Source of the DNA: Lama guanicoe
Lineage: Eukaryota
DNA length: 64,000 nucleotides
Direction of reading: 5' to 3'
Assembly: GCA_013239625.1 (NCBI GenBank)
Contig: MU054117.1
Coordinates: 4,801,514 to 4,865,513 of the forward strand
Part shown: positions 41,001 through 54,749 of the stretch, piece by piece
Numbering within the stretch: position 1 is the first letter of the stretch
Layout of the letters: every line of letters begins with the position of its first letter
Translations under genes and position numbers: made by a program
Notes under the pieces: generated by a model
Databases searched by the model: none
Told to the model about the DNA's origin: nothing
What the model saw: only the letters and a program-made list of their open reading frames with translations

Positions 41001-44000
41001 TGGGACCCAGCTGAAGTCTCATTCTAACTCCCATTCATGATTGGTGCCCCAAGGGCTAGAGGGACGGGCTTCAACCAAATGGCCCTGCTTTGGCATCGAG
41101 GAAGAAGTCTTGCAAGACATGTGCATGGGTGATTTCAGGGAGGGAAACGAGGGAAGAAGACATCTCCACTCCAGGTGAGGCTCCTCCTCCCACAGGCCAA
41201 GGAATGCCACACAGTCGCTGCATCTCCTCAGCACTGCTTCTGCCCCAGAAGAGCTCTCTCTGAGCATCCATCTGTGCCTCCAGTGTTGCTTGGTCTTTCT
41301 CCTAGGTGCCAGCGGTGCTCTCCTCCAGCCAGGTCTCTCCTCCAGCCGGGTCTCTCCCCCGCCCCCCGCATGCGGGTTGTTGTGTGTGTCCGGGGCGGGG
41401 GTGGGGAGGGCATGCCAGCGGGGCGGGGGCAGTAGCCCGCCACTCTCCCTTACCGTGTGTGCTGCTGGAGGTGGGAGAGCTGGCGGAAGGCCTTCTGGCA
41501 GTAGGAACAGTTGTAGGGCTTGGCCCCCGAGTGGATACGGAGGTGCTGGGCCAGGTAGGAGGTGTTGGCGAAGGTCTTGGAGCAGTGCGGGCACTTGTGG
41601 GGCTTGATGGTCTCCGTATGCATCTTGGAGTGGATCCTGCCGGAGAGGAGAGGAGGGAAGGAGGGAGGAGGGAGCAGTTCGACACCACGGGCTCAGCTCT
41701 CTGCTGGGTGAAATGACGTTGCTTGACGGATGAGAACGCCCCTCCTCCCTCCCCCCACACGCACTCCGGCCTGAAGAGGCTAATGAAGAGGACACCCACG
41801 TCTAGGTTGCTGCTGATCTTAAGTCGGTGGCTAGAATGGCAGTGAGATGATGAAGAGCTGCAGCCCTGGCTCCTGTAACCTTAAAGATTTCCGTCTCGTC
41901 AGCCCTCTGCTCGGCGCTAAGGTTACACACTCACCACAGACACCCTGCTTCCAAATAGCAATCTGAACAAGACCAAGACCGCCTGTTCCCCATGGACCTG
42001 AGGCTGTAGGCACACTTTGGCTCTGAACTGAGTAAAAGCAGGGCCTGCTCTGCAGAAGATTTCCAAACACAGACACAGAGAGAAACCACACACATCATTC
42101 CAGACTTTGGGATGGGAGAGCACCATTTTCCAGGCCCCCCAGACTGCAGGGATATGTAGTTGAGTTTTCACAGACAGCAACGGGAGAGCACTGAGGCTCC
42201 CCGGGGACAGAGGCGAAAGGGAAAAAAGAAGACGTGGAGAGAAGAGGAGGTGCAGGCCACGTGGCCTTGGGGTGAGGGGCTCACGGCAGGGAGCGGGGTG
42301 AAACCAAGAGCAGCCTTACCGGGTGTGCTGCTGGAGGTGAGAGAGCTGGCGGAAGGATTTCTCACAGAAGTTACAACTGTAGGGCTTGGCCCCTGAGTGG
42401 ATACGGATGTGCTGGGCCAGGTAGGAGCTGTTGGCGAAGGTCTTGGAACAATGTGGGCACTTGTGGGGCTTGGTCTCGGTGTGTGACTTGGAGTGGATCT
42501 GCATCTCCGACTTTGAGTAGAATGTCAGGGAGCACATCCGGCACCTGGGCCAAGGGAGGGCAGCGGTTAGCACCCGCGCCGCCAGGAGGGCACTGCTGAC
42601 CCCACCCCTCCACTTCCAAAGAAGCCAACCTGTCTGATGGCTCTCCTTTTCCAGCGACACTGGGAAGCCTGCGAGAGCTCTGTTTTACCTGTCTTTACAG
42701 TCTACCCTTCTAATACAGCCCAACACAATAAAGGACTTAGTAAGTGTTGGCTGAACGACTGGACTCCCTAAATGTGTACAAAAAAAAGAATTCAACCAGG
42801 TGCAACAGGAAAATCTTGTTACGGGCTCTGGGCTGATGTGGATTCCACTAAGCCAGAAGTATCACCCAACTTCTGTTTTCTTTCTGCCTATAACTTGATT
42901 TCAGACTTTTAAAGAACTCCTTTCCCCAGTTCCCCATGGATCAAGTATATCCTTCAGGTAGTCCTCAAGTTTCCAAGATGATGATGAGGACACACTGACT
43001 AGATTCCCCAAAAGGACTTCTCTCCTGACTCCTCATTTAACTGTCTTCTCTCAGAGTTTCTCCTGCTTCCTTTTTGCCAGTGATTCCTAGAGGGATGGGG
43101 TGGAGAAGTGTCAGGATTACATGGAGGGCCTGTCCCAAACCACAGACGTCTGGCCTCTACTCTGTACCTGGTGTTCCAGCAACCACCCCCACCGCCCAGC
43201 TCCTTGGCGATCAAGTGAGAACCACTTCTGCAATGAGCCAAGGTAACTGGTGGAGTGAGCTGCATCCCTCAGAGGTGTAGGAGAAGACTGGCAGGACCCT
43301 GAGCTTCCCTGGCACCGGGAGCCAGTGTCAGTGCTGCTGGGGACTTCAGCAGCATCTGAATGTACTTTCACTCATCACCTGAGTTGGCCATCCTTCTTCC
43401 TGCTCCGATACTGCCCAACAACAGCAAATAAGGAGGCCTGTGGGCAAGATGAGCCACGCCACCCAGACTTTACTGGGCGAGAGTGATCTACAGGTGAGCT
43501 GGAACCCCACCATCCCTCAATAACTCACCAGCACACAACGCAGGCTGGTGGAAAGGGCCGCAGCCTGGGAAGCAAGCTCCCAGGACAAGCCCCTCTCCCT
43601 CGGGTCCTCCCCAGCCTATCTCTGTGAGAGGGGTTTGGGATGGGGAAGGGTGGCTTCTGCTTTTTTCTAACCTCAGGAGAAGTTTTAGAGAATAGCTGAG
43701 ATGCAATCTAGAATGATCTCTGAGCTCCTCAGAGAAGAAGAGCCCACTGTTGGGGGGGGGGTATGGTCCCTGTATTTACGCTTCTAAAATTCCAATCGTT
43801 AAGGCCAATTTCTAGTTCTCTAGTTACTTGATAACTCTGAAGGAAATCTGATTACCAGTTCACCAACCCCAGGCTGTGTCTGGGAAGCCCAACCATTGGA
43901 TGGGAGGCGGGAGGTTCTGTTTATAGTTAGCAGGGTCCACAGGACACAGCCCACGGAAATCTGGACACCTGGATTCTACCCAGGGTTCAGTTACAGGCTT

Positions 44001-47000
44001 GCTTATCAATCTAGACCTCAATTTTCTGGTCTGTAAAATGGAGAGAGAAACATCTGCCCCCTCAGAAGGGCCAGCAAACACCCAGGACGGTCAGTGTAAG
44101 CCAAGTGTCCTCTCACAATGGAAGTGCGTCCCTGTGAGCCGCACCAGCACTGGACGAGCTCATGCCGCTGTGCATTTCACTAAGACTGAGGCTGGAAACT
44201 AGCCACACTGTCACTTGGATGGGAACTGAACTAAAGTTACAAAATAACTTCCCTTGGCCCTGAGATTTCTCTGACAGGTGGGACAACACGTTCATTATAA
44301 CTCAAGCAAAATTTCCTTAGTTTGCATGTAAATGTTGAACACACAACTGCACCCTTAATCTGCGACTGATTATACAAGAGAAAACAGCCCTCTTCATCAA
44401 AGTTTTCAACTAGGGAAGAAATTGCAAAACTTAAATTCATCAATAATGGGCTGACCACAAAACGAGCAGTCTCCAAAGGAGTGAGTATCATCAGGGTGAT
44501 GACAGTAATGCCGTGATAACAAATGCAGTAATAGTTGCCACTCGCTGTTGCGCCTGATGCTGCCTGGCTGGGAATGAAGCGCTTTAAACACATTGTTTCC
44601 ACTCCTTACAACAACCCGGCAAGTACAGAAAGGCTCAGAAAGGGAAAGTAATTTGCCAAAGGTGAACAGTGCTTCACTCGTGCCTGACCCGAGGCTCCTC
44701 TCACTAGCGGCATTCAGGGAGAGGCCAGACACTCTCCCGCCAGAAACGTTTGAGCACTAAAACTACAGAGAGGCTCAGGCGACCTTTAAAGTATTTCCAA
44801 CTCTGAAATCCCATGAAGCCAAATCAGTACAAGTCTAATGCAAGGTGTCGGGTGGTCGGAAAGAAACCTGATACAGGAGAGCTGTGGCAGGGGGCAGTGG
44901 CCAGGAAGAGAAATGTCCATGTCACTGGGCGCACAGCTCTAGGGGGCATTATTCACACCCGACACGACACAGGTGCCCCTTGGAGGTGTGTAATGCCATG
45001 GCCGTGGTTACAATAACCACTGAGTTATCATCCCTTTTTTTCTAAGATGCTCAAAAATACTTTCAAATACTCCGATTTTCCCTCAAAACATTTCCATACG
45101 GTAGACAAGGGCCATGACTGCTTCCCATTCACTGGATGGGAACGAAGAGCTGGGAGTAAGTGGACCCACCCAGAAAAACAGCCTAATTCCTCCAACACCC
45201 AGTCAGATGCCACCGACCACGGGGACGGATGTGACTGACGTGCATCGAAAAAGGGATTAAAAAGATTCCTTTGGAGCTTCAGATTTTCAGAAGAAATTCC
45301 GTTTACCTGTAACACAATTAGTCCCCCCTAAGTTCAGAGTTCTCGAGTCACCTAGAGGTGAGGCCATCAAGAACTCCAAAACCACTGAGGGTGGGAAGAT
45401 CCTATGGGACTGCCCGCTGACTATATATTCACATTTCTTTCCATACACCATTTGGGAAGTCTAGAAATAGCTTTAACGTGGGACCAAAAAGCAAACAAAG
45501 AAAACCTGGCAGAACCAGGGTCCCGGCCCATGAGAAGGTCAGAGGGCAACCTGCTACTCCTATAGGAGCCGACTCTGTGCAGGTGAACCTCCATGTCACA
45601 ATGACCTCACTTTAAGCAAATACATAAAAATCCAGACTTCTACAAAATAAACTTAAAAGGGATTTTCATTTTATGAAACGATACATAAAATAATGCCTTT
45701 AAATGAATTACACTTGTCAGGCAGCTTTCTGATACGATGTAAACATTTTCCGGGAATACCTTTATTCTACACAGTGAGGTACACCTGCAATGATAAAGCT
45801 GCGATGAACTTTCAGATTATGAGCTGGAATTCTGCAGAGCTCGATACTTTCTGCATAGCAGCACTCTTCTCGTTTTCACTTACAAAGAGGAATTTGGACA
45901 CTGTACTCTCCACAATAGAAGTGTACAACACATAGAAATAAAGTTAAATGATGACTGTTTATCTCTTTTGATGTTCCCAACATTTCAAATCTTATCTGAT
46001 ATATACTCCTGACACTTGGGAGGCATACACAGAATTCTCCCCATTTTACAGATGAGGAAACTGAGGCCCAGAGAGGGGAAAAGGACTTGCCCAGGGTCAC
46101 ACAGCAAGTTCGTGGTGGAGCCGGGAACTGAATCCATGAGCCCAAGGCTCTGTCCATTTCCTGTGCCGCAGTTCCCTTCGCTCCTAAAATGGGAACAACA
46201 TTGCCCATCTCGGTACGCTAAGGACAGACCCCATCTCCCAGCCATGCACAACTGCCCCTGTCTGCGTCAAAGCTGTGATGGTGGTTATTCCACTCTGTAC
46301 ACTGGGACCACACTCCCCAAACCCACTAGGGCCCTTGATGGTTCTCAAGGGGATTAAAAGGTTTCCAACTTTCAAAGGGCAGGGAGTTTAGAGATGTAAT
46401 TATTTTTGTACAGTACCACATGCAAATACGCACAGAACGCTTTTTGGCAATGGACAACTTAAAAGAAGTGGAGGATCAAGAGAATGCCCATGAATGAGAA
46501 AGTGAGCAAACAGCCATCTCACAAGCATGTGTTCCACAGGGGGAAGGGGGGACCTTGCTCACCCCGCCTTCTCATAGACCCCTCCCGTCATCCCCTCGTC
46601 CCAGCCATGCAGGGTCAGGCAGGCTCAATGCTCAAATACGGCCCAAGAACCTGTGGATGGCACACAGGTCAAGGTTAGGGGCTTGACAGAAAGGTTTCTT
46701 GGAAAAATAGGAATGGAAAATGGAGAAAGCAAAAAGGAGCTGGTGTCAAGGGTCTCAGACCCAGTCTGAAGCCTCATTACAAGAAATTCCATTATGTCAC
46801 CCCAAATAAGTTAACGCTTACAACCCCAGAAAGGGCAGGGGTGAAATGGGTCTGCATCCTAGGGAGGAGGCACTGGAGAAGTGCCAGAAGCCCCACCTTC
46901 CCCACCTCAGCAGACGCCTGACATGCACAGGGACCTGAGGTGGAAGCTGCAGAGCGCAGAGCCCGAGGCGGCAGGGAAGCTGGGAGCCGCCCCCCAGCCT

Positions 47001-48431
47001 GTCCTTAGCTCTGACTCTTACCTGTAGGTCTTGCCATCTTTCTGATGGTCATCATCATCCTCGGGGGAGAGGACATAAGGGTCGTTCATCTCAGGAAGCC
47101 CCGACTCCAGCATCCGCTTCTTCTTTCGGCCCCGGGGGGGCTTAGTGGCCACAGGGCCACCTCCACCACCACCACCGCCTCCTTCCTCTGTTAGGGTCGA
47201 TGCTACCTTCTTAGAGAGGTCAGGGACCACCTGCAGGGCTTGTGAGCCAGGGGGAAGAGCTGAGACAATCATGGGAGCCGAAATGGGGAAGGTCTGAGCT
47301 GATGAGGCTGTGGTCACAAGGGAGCCTGAGGGGGACGTGATTACCAAACCAGGACCTAGGATTGGGAGAAAAGGGAGATGGTGTCACGTTGCCCAGTCCT
47401 GATCCGAGTCCTATTTAACTTCCCCCAGATCAGTGTCTACTTAACCCCTCACCACCACCCCCTCGCCCAGAGTATATAGGAAACCCCAAACCCTGTAGAA
47501 AAACAATAGTCTCCTAACCCCTGTCCCCACCCCACCCCCGGTAACAGTGAGATTTACCCCTTGATTGACTCCCTTCTCTTCTCCACCTCTGAGAACAGGA
47601 GACTCCTTGATTCAGAGAAGGAAAGAATGTCACCTCCTCAAAGGCAGGGACCGCATCTTCTACTTCTTTGTATCCCCCACAATGCCTAGCGCATTGCTAG
47701 GCACACAGTAGGCACTTAATAAAAATTTGATTGAGCAATCAAACACATATCCCACTCCCCAAGTCCTTGGAGCCCTCCAGCCTGGGGTACTGATCATAGA
47801 AGATCAAGACCTCAGATTGGAGAAGAGCAGAGGTGCTCACCAGCAGTCATCAGTCCTGTAGACGGCACAGGGACCACGGTGATATTCTGGGTAACAGATG
47901 CCTGGCTATGTGGGGTCAGCTGGTCTGGCTTGGACTCTGTGTCCATACTGATGCCCGAGGGCAGGGACACCGAGGCAGGCACTGTCAGCAAGGTGGGGTA
48001 GTGGGGTGGAGCCAGCCCACAGCCCTTCTCTGGCAGCAGCTGATCCTTCATCTTGTTGATGAACATCGTGTTCTCAATCTGAAAGGGAAGGAAGAGGAGA
48101 GCGTCTCTGAGGGGGAGTCTGGATCTGTCTGCTCCCTCGGCACCTTGTACTTTCCATCCTCCGTGGAGACCAAAAGGCAAGTGGTTAGTATCTCTGTGCT
48201 TCCGGAGAGAAGCCCAACAGAAACACTACAGAATTCTCAATGGAGGGGGACCCAGAGAAACAGCACGTGACTTATCTTGCTGTAGTCTCCACGGTGACAG
48301 AATTTACCACTCAGAGCTGAAAAAAGTATGCAATGGAGTAGAAGCAAAGAACCAATACCACCTACCTGTCCTGAGACTGTGGGGATAGAAGGCCAGAAGT
48401 ACGGGTTAGAATTGAAGTGAGATTCTTCCAT
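38039..48431 (-). CDS. ZNF384: Zinc finger protein 384 (CIZ/NMP4), up to 600 aa with all cassette exons
   Basis: Exons 48431-48366, 48078-47841, 47605-47558 (alt), 47355-47022, 46183-46091 (alt, GC donor), 42544-42320, 41636-41454 (alt), 39955-39877, 39100-38942, 38416-38039 = 1803 nt. MEESHFNSNPYFWP start, GRKKKR NLS, C2H2 fingers, polyAla/(QA)n/Gln tail ending VEHLASS. Confidence 0.96.
38220..38366. repeat. Coding polyAla, (QA)n and interrupted polyGln repeat of ZNF384
   Basis: [49 protein letters not shown]. Confidence 0.9.
39342..39807 (+). mobile_element. Near full-length hAT-Charlie-type MITE in a ZNF384 intron
   Basis: Terminal inverted repeats cagtggttctca...tgagaaccatgg; imperfect 8-bp TSD cgctagtc / ttctagtc resembling the hAT NTCTAGAN target. 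Confidence 0.75.
46037..46160 (-). mobile_element. MIR SINE overlapping a ZNF384 cassette exon
   Basis: Minus strand ...gctgtgtgaccctgggcaagtcc...gcctcagtttcctcatctgtaaaatgggg is the MIR core. Confidence 0.85.
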
Positions 48432-51400
48432 TCTACCTAAAGAAGGAAAGAGAGACCACATCACACCCAGGAACAACGTGAAGCAGCTGAGCAATGGAGA
48501 AGGTGGGTTGAGGAGTTCCTGGTCTCCTCTCTGGCATCTGACCACAGGCTGGGAATCAGGAGTCAAGACCTTAGGATCCAGCATGGTCAGTCCCATTGGT
48601 CAGAGCCACTCGGCACTATTTCCCCATTCAACAGAGACTCTTCCAGTTGTGATGCTGGTCAGAGAGCTTATACACATCTCATTTACCCACACGACGGCTC
48701 CCAGACCCCAAAGAAACAAGAGTTGGTGTTACTTTCTTTTGCCGACAAAAAGAGAAACTGAGGTCATGAGAGGGGAAGGCATGGGCCCAAGGTCCCACCA
48801 AGCAGATCACTGACTGGCCTGAAACCAGCCAGGGTATGCATCATTGTTCCTCTTCCTCCATCCCTCGAGTCCATCTTCCTAGAAATAAAAAATTTCAAGA
48901 GTTCTAATCGACACATTTATAGTTCCATGTAGCTTGCAAAGGTTCTAGGCCAGAACACAAAATGCCCAAGAGAAGTAAAGAATGAAATTGGCAGGAATCA
49001 GGATTAAGGTATTTTGGGGGACCATGCCCCACTCAACAGACCCCACCAAGGTCTAAGAACATCTATGACACTGCATTGGCCACCCCACCCACTGGACTGA
49101 GCAGTGAGAACCTAGGAGTGACCAGTTTTAAAAGGGTTCTAGCACCAGCAAAAGCAGCAACACCCCAGATCTCCACCTAAAGAGAGTCCGAATCGGGACG
49201 CCGATGGGCCAGACACTCACACATGACCAGACTCTTGTTTCGTCATTCTCCAACACTATGTTTCTGAGAGTTCAAGTTCCCTGTAGGTGGATGACAGGTG
49301 AGCTTAAAACTTTGGGAAGGAGAAAGAGATAAGAAGAAAAGCAATCCCTCAGAATCGCACTGCAAGTCACAGATGGGTCCAGAGCCCAGGCTTCCCACCC
49401 CTCATTTTCACACTCTGATCGCCTCTCCTAGCAAGACTTCATTGCAGGATGTTGGTCAAGAGCATCCTCCCCAAAGCCTGGACCAGGAGAGATGCAGGCT
49501 GGCAGCAGGCAGGTGAAGAGGGAGTACGAATGAGACTGGTGGGACGGGGAGACGAAGAAGAGCGGAACCACACATTAACACCACGCTGCTACCCTGGGCC
49601 AAGAGCAACCACGGTCTGGGCGGGAAGGACTCACAGGAGGCTCTGACTTACGGCCACGGCCCCGCTGAGGGCATGCTGGAGGCAGAGGCCAGAGGTACTG
49701 AGAGCGGGAGGCCGGACTAGACACAGAAACCAGGTTTCAAGTCGGGACTGAGGAAACTAGGAAGGTTCTTCAACAAAGGAAGTGAAGCAAAAGGATATCA
49801 CTCTAAATGTAACCCTGCACGCGGTCCTCCTCCAGAAATCTCAACACCCTTTTTCTGCTCTATTGAACAGCCCTCTCAATTTTCATAAAACCCCAAGAAA
49901 GGAAGCAGAACTTAATTTCAGCCTATTTTTTCCCAAAAAGTAGCAAAGGAGGGGAGATGAGTGCACCAAATCTGTGGCTACAACATCTTCACACAAGCGA
50001 GGCTCAACTTTAAATGCCTTGATGATCAACCACAGGCAAATTCTGCTCCCTGAGTTATAAAACACAGTAAAACCAGACAGTCCCCAACACAGGTGCTAAC
50101 TGTTTCCCTTCCAGCCCCAGCTTTACAAAGGGCCCCGGGCCCTCCTTAGGCAATGGGCATCAAGAGGCAATCAGATCACCGTTTAAGGGGATCCAATCTT
50201 GCCAACCTTTCTGGTAGGCAGGGGTCGCACCCTGAACTTGCCCCCAGTCTCTAACACAGGACTCATCGCTCAGTAAGCAAGTCCACACTTAATGAACCGA
50301 CTGACAGCCGACTGTACACTCAGATCTTGAAAACAATGCTAGGGGCTCTGACTTTAACCCACAGCCCCTACCCATCTAACCTTCTAGCTGAGGGGAATGA
50401 AACAGAACAAAGAGTGGTGACTATGGCGGAAATGAAGTAGGGAATTAGGCCTGGGAGTAAAAGAAAGGAGGGTCTACTTATAATTTCCCCCTAGAGAGTC
50501 AAGGAAGTAAACACATTATGGATGTGAAAACTTCGGAAGGAGGAACTGAGAGCCTGAAAATAAGAATGTCCTCAGATAGGATTCCTGTGAATGAGGCCCC
50601 CTCCCCCCAGAAAAGACTGCATTCGTTCACAGGGTCCTACCAGGGGCTCCAGCGAGGCTGTTTCTGGGCGAAAGTGGCCTTGGGTTCTCACCTGGCGGAC
50701 AATATCACCACCACCACTAACGTCTATTAAGTGCCAACTGTGTTCAAGGTACTGTTCTAAACACTTTACAACCATTGCACCATTTACTCCCACAAAAAAT
50801 CTATGAAGCAGGATACTGCAATCCTGTTTATCAAATAAGGAAACTGGAGGCAAACAGTAAACAGCAGAGCAGGGATCTCAACCTAGGATCAAAAAGCAAG
50901 CTAGGAAAGAGGTCCTACAAGAGACCAACCCAAGTATGTGTTCTCTGATGCTGTGGTTTGATTCACAAATCAAAATCTAAAATACTTCCAGGGAACGGAC
51001 TATATACTTCTTAGGGAGCTCTCAGCAAATGTTTTTAAAAATGAAGTTCTCAGTAACAGCAAAATGCGGTGAAAGATGGTATTTTCCATCCACATCTAGT
51101 GAAACCTCACTTGGCCACAAAGATAACTGGATGGAGTCTGAGTTAAAAGGCCACACTGTCTGGAGGGGTAAAAGGAATAAAATGTCCCTCCACCTCCCTG
51201 ATACCCAGTTTTTCACTCTGTTTTGGTTCTTAAGAGAACAAAGTGAAGTTCAGAACCACAGCTACTCCTAAGACAAGACGATAAAGGTGCCTGTGGGCTT
51301 CTGATAAACACATCAGCCCGAAAAGGGGGTACATGGGAGCACTGCTGGCCCAACTAGAAGCAGTATTTGCCAACAGGATGACACCTGAGAAAGGCCCAAC

Positions 51401-54017
51401 GCTGTTCTGATGAGACTGACCTACATCTCTGTTTTCCTGACCTGAGAGCAAACAGAGGCCAAGAAGGCAGGCTGTTGTCAGAACACATGTAAATGGCGCC
51501 CCCTGGAGTTGTGTCCTGCGGTGGCCGGGTGCCGGGTCCCTCAAATGGCTGTTTACTGTCGTTTTACCACTTCTGCTCTCAACTGTCCACCCTGTGTGAA
51601 GGAACTCCCTGAAAACGACCTCCACATCCAAGCAGGCACAGAGCAAGTCTTAAAACCTGAAGAAGGTAATGACGTTACAGGGAAACCTCGTCTGTACACA
51701 GAGCGCCGGTTTTGATGATTATGCCAATATTAAAAAAAAAAAGAAAAAAAGAACTGGTCTACCCTAGACTGAGAAGGAAGAAGAAGGCTTCTACTATAGC
51801 CCCAAAGGACAGAAAAGAAGGAAAAACACACTAGGTGGGAAGAAGATGTTGGCAGATTGAAAATTTGGGTTCTAATTTCAACTTTACCACTGCCCCAGGT
51901 CTCTGCTGTTCTACTAATATGAAGGGGGGTTTACTGTAATTAAGTTGGACACTACTTTTCTTTCAAGAGGTTTACATACTCCTTTTCCAATCTCAAAAGA
52001 AATTTTGGAAGCACTGAAGAGGTGAAGGAAAAAGACAATATTAAGTAACATCCATGAAACACGCAGGAGGGCCTTGAACTCTTGCACCAAAGCTCTGTCC
52101 GTCTGTCCATTCTCCCACAGTGCTACTAACCATCCACGGATAGAGACACCACTGCCTCCAGCATGTGGTTTTCGTAGGTGTGGTGAAGACTACCACCTCT
52201 TTCCTGGTACTAAATGACAATTTTTTAAATTTAAAATTTTTTTTTCAAATAAAGCATGATTTTCTTTTCTCAAGAAACTAACATTCTCTCAACCAACCAA
52301 CCCTTAGAAAGTCATGAAATACTCATATAAACCAAATTTAGTAGAGGAAGAACCGAGGAATCAAGACTTCTGGAATCCAGTTCTTGGTCCTGCATCAGTG
52401 GATGACTGTGAATAATTTACTACTCTACTAAGTCTCTATTTGGGTAGAGGATAGAGGAGTATGAACCTCTCAAAACAAACCCATAAGTTATATGGTGATG
52501 AGATGGAGACAACACAAAAAAGAAAAAGAATAAAATACTCAAAGTACTCCTAAAAGGAAGAGAGAGAAGTTTTTCTATGTGATGAGGACTATCAGTGACA
52601 ATTAGTAGAAATTACATAAAGACCATATAATTACAAGGAACTACCCAAATGTACCAGACCTATAGCCTCCAGTTTAGTAATCACCAACTGGAAGCATTAA
52701 CAAGCAATAGAGCTGCAAAAAACAACCAGCTTAGATCCAACCACAGAAAGAACTTGACACATGGATCTCAAACTCTCTTGGGAAAAACTATTCCAAAATG
52801 CACAACTGCTGAAAAGTTGCAATATTAGCTAAGGACTTGAAGTGAACTAACACAGAGGACCATTTTTTCTCAAGTTAGGAAACAAACCCTTCTCAGGTCC
52901 TAAGGGCATTCAAGAGGGCCATCCCAATAGGATTTGGGGGGGCTTCCTACTGTGAGCTCTTCCAAGTACAAAATAACTCAGAACAGGTTTATCCTAATAT
53001 TCTATTGGCAAAGACCATGCCCAAACAGACCAACAGGATCACCACCACTGCAAAGCTGGCAGTCTGGGCCAAGCATCTTCTATCCCAGGCACTGCTGGAC
53101 CACTGTACCCTGCACCCTGCAGGAAGAGTAACAGAGTGGTTGCCCTTGCCCTGCCCATTCCACTATAACTGTCAGATCTGGGCAACGTGAGGCAGGACAG
53201 AGAAAGAGAAAAAAAAGAAGGCTGGAGAAGAGGGAATATGCACTTAATATTTACTCACCACTTTGGCTCAGAAACCTAGGGGTAATAAATTTTATAAACC
53301 AGCCTGGAATTGGTTCTCAGAAGACACCTCTAGGATTATACTCTGAACTCAAACTCTTTGGGGTTGATTTATCATCATTTCCAGGCAACCTAAAACTCTA
53401 TCACCAAGTCTCATATTTTGAATTTTTCCAGACCTACTTCTGGAGTCCATGCCACACACTTTTATCAATTTTACTTCAAACTACCCACAAACCAGTTTTT
53501 TCCCAAAAACTTCACCCTACCACGTCAAATTCCAATAACTCCACGTCACAGATTCTAATCACTCAACAGATCCACTTCAAACACTCTGCTGCAATATTAA
53601 GGATACAAACCCCACCTAAAACTCAGTTCTGCTTGTTCCAAATACAGGAAGGCAATTCCATCAACTGTGCTACAAGGAATATACTGGCAACGAGGACCCA
53701 TTTGTCCTCAAAGCAGAATAAATTTCTCCTTTGGACACAATGCAACACTGCTTAGTGATTTCACTTGAGAATTTCACAATCTATTCTTGATGAAGACTGG
53801 TGGGAATGGAAGGTGATGGGGTACAGTGCCAACTTTTTGCACAAAACTTCCTGAGGATTCGAGATAATAGGAAAAGGTTGATTTTCCTCCCACAGCAAAC
53901 ACCAGTATAACAATTGCTATTACTTGAAGAATTGTCACATTTTCTGTAAAAGGTCCATTTGATTATGACCCTTTCTCCCCCCAAACCGGAAAAGCCATTA
54001 ATCCAAAATTGTCTTAC

Positions 54018-54077
54018 CCTCTCTCTCTCTTCCTCCTGTCGTCTTATTCCTTCTCCTTTCCAGGGCTCCTGAACTTT
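54018..54077 (-). other. ZNF384: ZNF384 non-coding 5' UTR exon (60 nt)
   Basis: tttacag|AAAGTTCAGGAGCCC...GAGAGAGG|gtaaga; resembles the remembered human 5' UTR. Confidence 0.75.
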
Positions 54078-54749
54078 CTGTAAACAGATTGTCTGGGTTA
54101 CAGGGGCCAGTAAGGGTGCATCCAACAGAGAACTGTGGAGAAGAACCTCAGGAATTCTTTGACTGTCAGCACTCAGTCTGGAAGGCAGGCGGACCCCCAA
54201 CCAACAATCCAAAGATGCAAGGATACAGTAACAGGAGTGTAGTGCCACCCTCTATGTGGCTACAAGGGAAATAAATCCAATTTCCAGCAACTAAGAGGAA
54301 CTCTATCACCAGTGTGTGGGTTCCACTCCCTGGCTCAGACACTGGTTCTTCTGGGTTCCCCAGGGCCGCAGGTATCCAGGGATCAGAGAACAGACGAGTT
54401 GGAGGAAAAGAAGGGTCCCCGCCTCCCGAGGATTGGCTCAGAAGGCAAAGCGGAGGACTAGGGGGGATGCACAAGCCCTTGTGTCAGGCACAGTGCCAGT
54501 TCAGGCCCAGCCACTTCCTCTGGCCTCCCCCTCACTTCTGCGAGGACTTCGCCCCTGCCTACCCAAGGCCCTGCGCCAAGAAGTACCTCCCTCAGCCTGC
54601 ACAGTGGTCTAGCTATTGGAGACCCCAGCTTTTCCCAAAACACCTTCGCTGCCCTGAGACAGCCCCTGGGCGCCTTCTCCTGATGTCGCCCTCCACCCCT
54701 TCCTCAAAGACCCTTCTTTGGGACGCCCCTCCTTCCCCTCCAGGGAGCT

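Noticed and set aside
41019..41795. 258-aa minus-strand ORF in ZNF384
   Set aside because: Alternative frame across a finger exon and GC-rich intron; no domain or start-site evidence.
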